64,000 bases of DNA from an uncultured delta proteobacterium (GTDB lineage: Bacteria; Myxococcota_A; Polyangia; Polyangiales; Polyangiaceae): assembly GCA_963696385.1 (NCBI GenBank), contig CAVOKF010000007.1, positions 32,001 to 96,000 of the forward strand. Direction: 5' to 3'. Position 1 is the stretch's first letter; each line of letters starts with the position of its first letter. Position numbers and translations under genes: made by a program. Positions 10,301 through 19,057 of this stretch are shown piece after piece. The notes under the pieces are model-generated. The model was not told where the DNA came from and searched no databases. It saw only the letters and a program-made list of their open reading frames with translations.

Positions 10301-11549
10301 CCGAGGGACTCGGTACCGCACGTCCGAGCTCGCGAACCAGGCGGGCGCTACGCTCGCCAGGAGTCTCTACGCTCTCCTGTCGAATCGGCGGCCGAGCCAC
10401 TCCGCGTCCAGCAACGTCCTCAAACGTCCACGATCCGGGGGCTCTCATGCGGGCCAGATCCACGAGACGCGGCGCCAACCGGTCCTCGATGAAGTCGTCC
10501 GACCCGACGGGCCAGGCAGCCGCACTCGGGCCGACGAGCCCCACGAGCCAGCGGGCGCGTCGAACGGCCGCGAGCGGCTCTATGGCGCTTGCAGAGGCTA
10601 CGCTTCCTGAGATTTTCTCGGTCCAAGCGATCGCTTCTTCCAGCCACGTGCCGGCGGGCTGCCCCACTTGACGCGACACGATTGCACCCGCGGCGATATC
10701 GCGTGCGCGCTCCTTCAAGTACGCCCGCCGAACGCGCTCCACCCGTGCACGGGCGGCTTCTTCCTCATCCGCAACGAGACCGAGCCAACGAGCGGCCCTC
10801 GCCGCCAGCCAGGAAGCATCTGGGCGGCCTCCCGGCGCGGGGGCGACGAGGGTTTTCACCCACTGCGCCGGTTCACCACCGCCGGACGCGTCCCATGCGT
10901 CGAGTGCGTCGCAGGGGTCAGGCGCCTGCCGAATCCTTGGGTCGAGAATTTCGGCGAGAAGCACGCCCAACGCCCACAAATCCGCTGCAGGACCCGCCTC
11001 GCCTCGAGCGCGCAGCTCCGGCGAGGCATATCGAGGGGTGCCGCCACGAGCATCCGATCCGGCCTCCGTCGCGAGACCGAGGTCGATGAGCGTCGCCCCT
11101 CGATCGGCCGCGGTGTCCCGGCGGGAGGGGCGATTCGCGAGCAGGATGTTGGCCGGCTTGACGTCGCCGTGACGGATCCCTGCTTCATGAAGTTCCTCGA
11201 GCGCTCGCGCAACCGCATGGGCTACGACAGCGGCCAACAGATCGCTTTCCGCTCGATTGCCCTGCCCGTGGTCGATCGGCTGGCCATCGACCCACTCGGT
11301 AGCGATGAAGCCCGGCCCGACGTCAACGAGCGCCGGACCCCACCGGCGGTTCACACGCGCGATGAAAGCGGCCTCCCGCGCAAGCGCGATGGCTCCAGCC
11401 CCAGGCGAGTCTTTCGCAACTTTCAGCGCAACCCACTGCCCGGTCTCGCGTCGCCGGGCGCGCCAGACGACTGAGGTCGCTCCCTCCCCGACCCGTTCTA
11501 GCTCGAGCCACTCCGAGGCGGCCCCCGTTACTGCCAACTGATGTGACAC
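7397..11549 (-). CDS. Ser/Thr kinase-TPR-like-GAF-sigma54 AAA+-Fis HTH fusion activator; apparent +1 frameshift near 7658
   Basis: Kinase motifs VALK, HGDVKPAN, DLG and ASPE; a GAF domain; GESGTGKE, GAFTGA, LLLDEIGE and WPGNVRQLEN. Removing one A in AGAATCG restores RRSLVLGDG...GNQTRAAQLLGLSRFGLQKMVKRLG, ending at stop 7397. Confidence 0.88.
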
Positions 11550-11801
11550 CCAACCATCCTTATCCTTTCCACGTCAGCGAAGCTTCGAACCGAAGGTTCG
11601 TCAACTCCGGTTACTGGCGCCTTCAGAAACTGACCGTCGTCGCCCATCCCCGTCATAGCTGCCGTAATTTTGAAGCATTTCACTATTAAGAACGGGCACC
11701 TGCGCGATCCGACGCTCTCTCGCACGCCACGGACTCGCGCCGAAGACCGCAGATTTTTTCACGCAGGAGAGACGGTTGCCGCTCCAGCGTGCGAGCCCAA
11801 C

Positions 11802-11970
11802 GCGAAGGCGGTTCGTGGCTCTCGGGCCGCGAGTGGCAGACTTCCGACGCGAAGCCGCATTGCGAAGGCGGTTCTTGGCTCTCGGACTGCGAGTGGCGAA
11901 CTTCCGCCGCGGAGCCGCATTGCGCAAGCCGGTTCGTGGCTCTCGGGTCGCGAGTGGCGAACTTCCGCCG
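11802..11970. repeat. Intergenic tandem repeat, about 60-bp unit x2.8
   Basis: GCGAAGGCGGTTCGTGGCTCTCGG...GAGTGGC...CTTCCG recurs at 11802, 11862 and 11922. Confidence 0.9.
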
Positions 11971-12365
11971 AAACGGTTGCCCGCAGCGGGCGTAACGCGA
12001 TCACGGTGGGCTCCGTCCACCCATCACGCGTACGGTCGCGGAGCAAGTGGGGGCCAGCGTGCTCGCAGCCCCATTGAGAAACATCCATGAGATTTCGTAG
12101 GACCCCGGGGCGCCTATTCTCAGCAGGATGGGGCCCGTTCATCCCGCGGGCCACGCACGACGCGTTCGCGGGGCGACATCGCTTTGGCCAAGGACGAGAC
12201 TCGATGAGATGAGACTTGGTGCGGCTCCCTCCAGCACACCCGGATCGGCATCCCGTTCGTCCGTAATTCACCTTTTTCCCCTACGGTCGGGTCGTCCCGG
12301 TTTAGGCCCAGGTGCCGCGCTCGCAAGAGATCGCTTGTCCGTGCTCGCCGTGCCGCGCGCCAAGC

Positions 12366-12557
12366 CTAAAATCGGATCCCGTTTTGAGCTCGGTGCTTCC
12401 ACCAGCGCCATCCCAACAGCGCGGTCGGCACAGCCGCAATGACTGCCACAGGCAGGCCGACTGTCGCGCCGAGCACCACGGTCGCCGCAGCCGCCGATCC
12501 GGCCGCGAGTCCCTTACGGCGTGACTCAACCAGTATTTCGCTCCGAGATTTCGTCAT
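12366..12557 (-). CDS. Small hypothetical membrane protein (63 aa)
   Basis: MTKSRSEILVESRRKG, then a hydrophobic stretch, then WRWWKHRAQNGIRF. Downstream of and co-oriented with the cytochrome b gene. Confidence 0.6.
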   Translation of the reverse strand: MTKSRSEILVESRRKGLAAGSAAAATVVLGATVGLPVAVIAAVPTALLGWRWWKHRAQNGIRF

Positions 12558-12675
12558 AGATCCATCGTGTGGCTGAGCGAGGTCCGAAGCAACCGTCAAA
12601 GGAGCGGCTCAATTCCATTCGCAGGTTGCGTCTCACGACCTCCTCGTGAGGCCGCTCGCCGTCTGCGGCAACCTG

Positions 12676-14463
12676 TCAGGGGAGCGGCCCAATTCCGCGC
12701 GCGTGCGCGCGCGTCCAGCGCGAGACCAGGTCGACGTCGGCCGGCGAGAGATCGCGGTCGAACCGAGGCATGTGCTTCTTCATAGCCGGATCGAGCGCCC
12801 TGTCCCGATACGTCTGCGGCGTCGCCGGGTTGGCAACCTGCGCGATCGTCCATGCGATTGATCCGTAGCGCGAAAGCTCGGGCGCAAACCCCGATCCTTC
12901 AAGGTCACCGTCGCCCTTGTAGGGATGGCACGAAGAGCAGCGCGATCGAACGACTTTCTCCCCTAGGACTCGCTGCCAGTGCTCACCCTGACGCGGACCG
13001 TCCTCCGGCTCGTTGCCTTCGTTCGCCAGGAACACCGCGACGGCGTGCCGCTCGATGTCGCCCTTGACCATCGCCGTCCAGGTCAGCGCGATAAAGGAAT
13101 CGGTTGGACGCACGTCGACGCTCGGCATCTTCTGAGCATAGGGTCCGTTTCCAAAAAAATGGCGGGCGTCCGGCTCATGCATCATGGCTTCGATCCATTC
13201 TGCCGTGCCCCAGCCGTCGAGCTTGGCCGCCGTCGCTTTGGCCGGATCGCCGAGGCCGTCGAGGACGTGACAGCTCGCGCATTGCGCTTCGAAGAGGTCA
13301 TGGCCCCGTAGCTCCGGATCGTTTCGCACCATGTCGAGCGCACCGGCCGGCGGGACGCCCCTCATCGCGATCTTCACCGCCGCCACGGCTCGCGCCTGCG
13401 CGTTTCCACGCATCTTCGCGTAGATCGGATCTCGCGCGTCGTGTCGATACGCTGCGATCCCGAGAAGCACCGCCGCCCCTAAACAGATCATGACCGGAGC
13501 GAGGACGATGATGTGCGCACGGGGCGGACGGTCCAGCCACGGCAAAGCGACCAAATATCCAACAACCGCGCCGGGGATGAGGGTGAGCGCCCAAAACTCA
13601 GCGGCACCGTGGAAGAACTTGCGAAGCTCGTACAGTGAAAGAAGAAACCACTCAGGTCGCGCGAGATAGTCGCTCGTCGGATCGGCCGGCGCGTCGAGAG
13701 GAGCTCCGCGCGTCCCTGCGGTCACCGCGAATATTGCGAACGTGGTCGTAACGGCGACGGCGACGGCTGGGCCAAGCTGCTCGACGCGCGACGTGACTCC
13801 GGAAGTTGGCGCGGCGCGCAGGCGGCCATACCGAAGCGCAAGCGCATGACGCGCCCAGAGCACGGTCGCCAACAGCAAGGGAAGTGCCAGCACGTGAGCC
13901 GCGTACGCACGGGCCAACCCAAGGGCCCCCAGCTCGACGCCGCCACATACCATCCGCTGCGCCCACGCTCCCAAAACGGGGGTGAGTCCCAGAATGTTTG
14001 CTTCGATCGTTCGCGCCCACCACCCGCGTTGGTCCCAAGGCAACAGACCGCCGCTGATGCTCTGGCCGACGGAAAGCCCTGCAACGAGGAGGGTGAGCCA
14101 CCACACGAGCTCGCGCCGGGGGCGATAGGCGGCGGTGACCGCACCATACAAAATGTGCATGAAGGAGGCGACGAGAAGCACCTGTGCGGCCCAGTAGTGA
14201 ATTCCCCGGACAATCCAGCCGTGGGGCTCGATGAATTGGAGATAATGCACGCTCGCCCATGCCGATTGGGGCGATGCGCCGTAGTTGGACATCAACACGA
14301 TGCCCGTCAACACGAGAACGCCGAAGCATGCCGCGATCACCGCTCCGAGCAGCTGCGAGCCGACGTCCATCGCTACCGCCGGGGCGTCGACCCAAGCCCT
14401 TACCGCCGCGCGCAGCCCCGTGCGCTCGTTGACCCAATCGCCCAGAGCGCGAAGTGTTCGCAT
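12676..14463 (-). CDS. Cytochrome b/b6 (plus subunit IV) fused to a diheme cytochrome c
   Basis: GWIVRGIHYW...MHI, GLLPWDQ, the RPEWF Qo-site motif, and two CxxCH motifs (CASCH, CSSCH). Directly follows the Rieske gene. Confidence 0.9.
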   Translation of the reverse strand: MRTLRALGDWVNERTGLRAAVRAWVDAPAVAMDVGSQLLGAVIAACFGVLVLTGIVLMSNYGASPQSAWASVHYLQFIEPHGWIVRGIHYWAAQVLLVASFMHILYGAVTAAYRPRRELVWWLTLLVAGLSVGQSISGGLLPWDQRGWWARTIEANILGLTPVLGAWAQRMVCGGVELGALGLARAYAAHVLALPLLLATVLWARHALALRYGRLRAAPTSGVTSRVEQLGPAVAVAVTTTFAIFAVTAGTRGAPLDAPADPTSDYLARPEWFLLSLYELRKFFHGAAEFWALTLIPGAVVGYLVALPWLDRPPRAHIIVLAPVMICLGAAVLLGIAAYRHDARDPIYAKMRGNAQARAVAAVKIAMRGVPPAGALDMVRNDPELRGHDLFEAQCASCHVLDGLGDPAKATAAKLDGWGTAEWIEAMMHEPDARHFFGNGPYAQKMPSVDVRPTDSFIALTWTAMVKGDIERHAVAVFLANEGNEPEDGPRQGEHWQRVLGEKVVRSRCSSCHPYKGDGDLEGSGFAPELSRYGSIAWTIAQVANPATPQTYRDRALDPAMKKHMPRFDRDLSPADVDLVSRWTRAHARGIGPLP

Positions 14464-14468
14464 ACCGC

Positions 14469-14987
14469 TCAGCCGACCGGTTCCTTTTGAGGCACTCCCT
14501 GACGGAAACGCCGAAAATCGACCAGAACGAAGCGCTCCGCGACGCGCGTATCGAGAGCGTCCAAATCTCTCGGAGAAGGTCCGTTCAGACGACGCCCCAT
14601 CGCGTCGAATGACGAGTCGTGGCACGGGCAATTGAACCCCCGGCCATTGACGGACCGACCGACGGCGCAACCGAGATGCGGGCAAACGGCGCTCCACGCC
14701 CGCACGCTCTCGCCACGGCGCACGAGCCACGCCGCGCCAAGCGGGACGTTTTTCTCGATGACCCAAGCGTCGTGATGATCGGCGATCATCGGTACACGGG
14801 TCGGCTCGCCCTCGGGGAGTGCTTCCATCGGTACGGTCTTGATCCAACGACCCGACGAGCTGCCCGCGCGCGCCGGAGCGAGGAGCAGCCGCACAGCCGG
14901 AAGGCCAATCGCCACGCATCCAACGCCACCGCCAAGGGCAATCGCACCCAACGCGTGGCGTCTGCTGGTTGCCGCATCGTCGGTCAC
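14469..14987 (-). CDS. Rieske 2Fe-2S protein of a Rieske/cytochrome b complex
   Basis: CPHLGC and CPCHDS boxes, GPSPRDL, and a Tat-like SRRHAL followed by a TM segment. GTG start inferred. Confidence 0.92.
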   Translation of the reverse strand: MTDDAATSRRHALGAIALGGGVGCVAIGLPAVRLLLAPARAGSSSGRWIKTVPMEALPEGEPTRVPMIADHHDAWVIEKNVPLGAAWLVRRGESVRAWSAVCPHLGCAVGRSVNGRGFNCPCHDSSFDAMGRRLNGPSPRDLDALDTRVAERFVLVDFRRFRQGVPQKEPVG

Positions 14988-15172
14988 GCGCCCAATCTTA
15001 GCCGGATCGGAAGCGAAACCAAACGATGCGCACACGAAGGGTGCGCTGGGCATTGGGGACCACGGCACCCCCGGAGACGCCGCGCACCTGAAACCAAGCG
15101 ACGCAAGCAGGCCGCGCGGCGCAAAGCGGCTGGCTCATCTCATCTCATCTCAGAAGGGCCAGCCCCGGTCGA

Positions 15173-15338
15173 ATGGGCATGACCGTGGGCCGCGCGTGGA
15201 TACCTCAACGCCGCGCAGAACTCCGGCGAACGGAGGCGCCATGGCCATGACCGTGCGCCGCGCATCGATACCTCAACGCCGCGGAGAACTCCGGCGAACG
15301 AAGGCGCCATGGGCATGACCGTGGGCCGCGCGTGGATA
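15173..15338. repeat. Intergenic tandem repeat, 68-bp unit x2.4
   Basis: ATGG(G/C)CATGACCGTG...GATACCTCAACGCCGCG...GGCGCC at 15173, 15241 and 15309. Confidence 0.9.
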
Positions 15339-15394
15339 AGGAAATGCCAGGCGGACACGGAAGGCGACACGACGCGGTGCTAACAGAAGGCACC

Positions 15395-16099
15395 ATGCGC
15401 GTGCTCGTTGGAACAAGCGGTTATTCGTACAAGGAGTGGAAAGGTGGATTCTATCCGGATAAAATGCCCGCAACCGGGTTCTTGCGGTTCTACTCGGAGC
15501 AATTTTCGACCGTCGAAGTGAACAACACGTTTTACCGGATGCCTACGGTCAAGCTCATTTCGTCTTGGGCGAGCGAGGTTCCGGAGCACTTTTCGTTCGC
15601 CATCAAGGCGCCGCAGCGCATCACGCACGTGGCTAAACTCAGGGACGCATCCGATGCCCTCAAGGCGTTCGTCCTTGCTGTGCGCGAGCTCGGAAGTCGC
15701 TTGGGCCCCCTGCTGTTTCAGCTCCCTCCCTTTCTTCGCAAGGACGTGCCGCGGTTGACAGAATTTCTCAACCAAGTTCCAACCGACCTCCGCATCGCGT
15801 TCGAATTCCGCCACCCCTCGTGGTTCGACGACGACGTGATGACGGCCCTTCGCATGCACGGGGCCGCGCTGTGTGTGGCGGAGGGCGAAGCGCTGGAATC
15901 TCCCCTCGAGGCAACCGCTCGGTGGGGCTATGTGCGACTCCGGCGAGACGACTATCCGGACGCCCTGCTCGCCGAGTGGGCCGCGCGCATTCGCGCCCAA
16001 CCGTGGGAGGACGCGTTCGTCTACCTCAAGCACGATGGAGGAAACGCGCCTTTATTCGCAAAGCGGCTCATCGATAATTTTTCCACCGTTGGGGGCTGA
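15395..16099 (+). CDS. DUF72 (YecE/YunF-like) protein
   Basis: VGTSGYSYKEWKGGFYP, TVEVNNTFYRMP, KAPQRITH, LFQLPP, EFRHPSW, YVRLR. Confidence 0.92.
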   Translation: MRVLVGTSGYSYKEWKGGFYPDKMPATGFLRFYSEQFSTVEVNNTFYRMPTVKLISSWASEVPEHFSFAIKAPQRITHVAKLRDASDALKAFVLAVRELGSRLGPLLFQLPPFLRKDVPRLTEFLNQVPTDLRIAFEFRHPSWFDDDVMTALRMHGAALCVAEGEALESPLEATARWGYVRLRRDDYPDALLAEWAARIRAQPWEDAFVYLKHDGGNAPLFAKRLIDNFSTVGG

Positions 16100-16187
16100 G
16101 GCGCGCCAGTTCGCGGTACGGTTGGAGAAACCGGTGACCATTCCCCTTCGTCAGTTCGGCGCGCAGCGTTCGTTATGGCCGCACGCC

Positions 16188-17606
16188 GTGCGCCTTGCGT
16201 ACGCTTTGTTCTTCTTCGCTTTCGCGATCCCGGCAGCCTGCACGACCGACCGGGCTGTCGGCGGCGCAGGGATGACGGACGCGACGGCGGCCGGCGCAAC
16301 GTCCGTCGACGCGGCCGAACCCCCCGCCGCGTACGTTGAAGCCGCGGCCAACGCTTCGCTAGCGGATCCCTGCAGCCTTCCTGGATCCATCCAATTCACG
16401 GCATCCGGGACGGTCACGGTGGTCGGAGGCCCGGCTGGCACCGACTCGTTGAGCTTTCTCCACTTGCCCGCGGGCTTTTGCGCCCATTACTTCGCGTTCG
16501 TCGGCAATACCAACGGGGGCGACGTGCGGCAGATGCGATTCGCGCCCGGCGGCGAGCTGTTCGTTTCATCGCCGCAAACTCCGACGACGGGCGGAAACGG
16601 CAACGGCGGGCTCGGGGCCATCGTGGTCCTACCGGACGACAATGGCGACGGAACGGCGGACACGCAGATTACCTTCCTCTCGAACTTGCCATCCACTCAG
16701 GGTCTGCTGTTCGCCAACGATCAGCTCTACTACCAGGATGGAACGAGCATCATGAGCGTTCCGTATAGGACGGGCGACCGGGCGCCGAGCGGCCAGGCGA
16801 CGCAGGTGGCGGACATTACCATCTACGAGTCGGCTCTCCATTGGCCCAAGACACTCGACATCGCCGACGACGGCACGATCTATGTGGGCAACGGCGGCGA
16901 TCAGGACGAAGCCTGCGATCCCTCGCGCCCCTTTCACGGCGGCATCCTCAAGCTCGACGGATCGCCGGATGGATCGGCGGGTGGGACGCCGGTGGCGAAG
17001 GGGCTGCGAAACCCAATTGCCGTACGCTGCGCACGCGGTCATGACCAGTGTTTTGCGCTCGAACTGGGCAAGGATTATTCGAATTCGGAGGGGGGCCATG
17101 AAAAGCTCGTTCCGATTCACGACGGCGATGATTGGGGCTTCCCATGTTGCGCAACGCGCGACGTTCCCTTCTCGGACGTCATGCCCGTGCCCGACTGCTC
17201 CGCCATGACGGCGGATACGAATGCGTTCGTGATTGGCGATACGCCGTTCGGACTGGACTTCGAGTCGGGCCGGTGGCCAGCGCCGTGGACAGGTGACGTC
17301 TTCATCGTCACGCACGGCGTCTGCTGCGGATCATGGGTCGGCGCTCGCATTGTGGCCGTCGGAATGGATCCGAACACCGGTCTGCCGCTCGCCAGCACCG
17401 ATGTGGCCGTCGACGGCGGCTTTGGGCCTGACGAGGGCGCTATGACGAATTTCGCCACCGGATGGGACGACGGAACGGTCGCCCACGGCCGGCCCGCCGC
17501 GGTGACGTTCTCGAGCGACGGGCGCCTCTTCGTAGCGAACGACGTCAACGGGATCATTTTTTGGATCGCGCCCATGAATCTGAGTCCGCTTGGATCGGAC
17601 CCGTAA
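16188..17606 (+). CDS. PQQ-dependent sugar/sorbosone dehydrogenase-like beta-propeller lipoprotein
   Basis: Lipobox-like IPAAC, DDNGDGTAD, GLRNP, WGFPCC and GRPAAVTFSSDGRLFVAND. GTG start inferred. Confidence 0.75.
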   Translation: MRLAYALFFFAFAIPAACTTDRAVGGAGMTDATAAGATSVDAAEPPAAYVEAAANASLADPCSLPGSIQFTASGTVTVVGGPAGTDSLSFLHLPAGFCAHYFAFVGNTNGGDVRQMRFAPGGELFVSSPQTPTTGGNGNGGLGAIVVLPDDNGDGTADTQITFLSNLPSTQGLLFANDQLYYQDGTSIMSVPYRTGDRAPSGQATQVADITIYESALHWPKTLDIADDGTIYVGNGGDQDEACDPSRPFHGGILKLDGSPDGSAGGTPVAKGLRNPIAVRCARGHDQCFALELGKDYSNSEGGHEKLVPIHDGDDWGFPCCATRDVPFSDVMPVPDCSAMTADTNAFVIGDTPFGLDFESGRWPAPWTGDVFIVTHGVCCGSWVGARIVAVGMDPNTGLPLASTDVAVDGGFGPDEGAMTNFATGWDDGTVAHGRPAAVTFSSDGRLFVANDVNGIIFWIAPMNLSPLGSDP

Positions 17607-17688
17607 GGCGCCGTCCATGTATTACGGACCTGTAATCGCGCTCTCCCACATCGAGGAACAGTCCGTCGGCGCGCGCCAATCTGCTCCG

Positions 17689-17919
17689 TTATTTGCCTCC
17701 TGCTGACCGCATCCGATCGATCTCGTCGAGCGCAATCCGCCACTTCGGGCGATCGTCGTCGGTAGTTTCGCCCGCTCGCTGCGGGCCGGATCGTTCGTCC
17801 ACACCTTTGGAAGATAGAGACGCAAACCGACCGGCACGAATATGTCGCGCGAGCGTCAGTGAAACGAGGCATGGACAGTTCGTCTGCTTGTTGAGCGCGC
17901 CGCAGTACTGAAGTGCCAC
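17689..17919 (-). pseudogene. IS701-family transposase remnant (frameshifted internal fragment)
   Basis: Across three frames: VALQYCGALNKQTNCPCLVSLTLAR / VPVGLRLYLPKVWTNDPARSERAKLP / PKWRIALDEIDRMRSAG. This matches the IS701 pattern QYCG..GK..NCQ / RLYLP..W..D / K..IAL..ID. Confidence 0.75.
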
Positions 17920-17920
17920 G

Positions 17921-18142
17921 AGCCGGGCGTTGTACTCAATCGCCGGGAGCCGATTGGGGGTTGGCCAGTGCAAGGGAATCAGCCGGGCGGTGTACTCAAT
18001 CGCCGGGAGCCGATTGGAATTGGCCAGTGCAAGGGAATCAGCCGGGCGTTGTACTCAATCGCCGGGAGCCGATGGGGGTTGGCCCGTGCAAGGGAATCAG
18101 CCGGGCGGTGTACTCAATCGCCGAGAGCCGATTGGGGGTTGG
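17921..18142. repeat. Intergenic tandem repeat, 59-60-bp unit x3.7
   Basis: AGCCGGGCG(T/G)TGTACTCAATCGCCGGGAGCCGATTGG...GTGCAAGGGAATC at 17921, 17981, 18040 and 18099. Confidence 0.92.
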
Positions 18143-18211
18143 AGTTGCAGAGGGTACGGACACGCTCCCGCTGGGTCCGTCGATCGTGCCTCAGGCCGGG
18201 CGGGCACTCGC

Positions 18212-18913
18212 TCACGCTTCGACTTTGAAGCGGTAACCCACCCCCGGCTCGGTCAGCAGGTACCTGGGTCGAGCCGGATTCTCCTCGAGCTTCTGTCTCA
18301 ACTGCGCCATGTAGACGCGCAGATACTGCATCTGGTGAGCATGCCCGGGACCCCAAACCGGGTCGAGGAGCTGCTTGTGTGTCAGCACCTTACCGGCGTG
18401 CCTCAACAGTACGGTCAAGAGCTTGTATTCGATCGGCGTGAGGTGAACCTCGGCGCCGTCGACAAATACGAGGCGCTTGCCCAAGTCGATGCGCAGCTTG
18501 CCCACCGTCACGACCGATGCGGCAGGATCGTGGGGCGAGCGAGCTGCGTGTCGCAGAGCGACGCGAATGCGCGCGAGGAGCTCTTCGGAGCCGAAGGGTT
18601 TCGTCAGATAGTCGTCCGCCCCAGCGTCGAGCGCTTCGACCTTCTGCGCCTCCTGACCCCGAGCAGAAAGAATGAGGATAGGGACGAAGCTCCATTCTCG
18701 AATCTGACGTGTGAAATCCAGCCCGTCCATGTCAGGCAGGCCCAGATCGAGCAAGACGATGTCGGGCGTGTGGGCGACCGCCTGCTGCATCCCTTCGCGC
18801 GCTGTCTCGGCTTCGATAACGCGGTACCCGTGCGCCACGAGCGCGAGGCGAATGAACTTGCGCATCGGCGCATCGTCCTCGACGAGCAGAACCTGGGCCT
18901 TTGCTTCGCTCAT
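18212..18913 (-). CDS. kdpE: KDP operon response regulator KdpE
   Basis: LLVEDD, DLGLPDMDG, KPF, HLTPIEYKLL, YLRVYMAQLRQKLEENPARPRYLLTEPGVGYR. Follows kdpD. Confidence 0.95.
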   Translation of the reverse strand: MSEAKAQVLLVEDDAPMRKFIRLALVAHGYRVIEAETAREGMQQAVAHTPDIVLLDLGLPDMDGLDFTRQIREWSFVPILILSARGQEAQKVEALDAGADDYLTKPFGSEELLARIRVALRHAARSPHDPAASVVTVGKLRIDLGKRLVFVDGAEVHLTPIEYKLLTVLLRHAGKVLTHKQLLDPVWGPGHAHQMQYLRVYMAQLRQKLEENPARPRYLLTEPGVGYRFKVEA

Positions 18914-19057
18914 GTCGACAAAGAGGCGGCCGCCTCCTCCACCCCGCGAGAGCCGCACTTGCGCATCGGCGCATCGTCCTCGACGAGCAGAACCTGGGCC
19001 TTTGCTTCGCTCATGTCGACAAAGAGGCGGCCGCCTCTCCCACCCCGCGGGAGCCGG
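18856..19057. repeat. 101-bp tandem duplication spanning the kdpD 3' end and kdpE 5' start
   Basis: ACTTGCGCATCGGCGC...CTCATGTCGACAAAGAGGCGGCCGCC...CACCCCGCG.GAGCCG occurs at 18856 and 18957, with a few substitutions. Confidence 0.95.

Noticed and set aside
12070..15152. TGAGA/TCTCA motifs flanking the Rieske-cytochrome b operon (12075-12215 and 15134-15152)
   Set aside because: Short, irregularly spaced and compatible with chance or a pentamer microsatellite.
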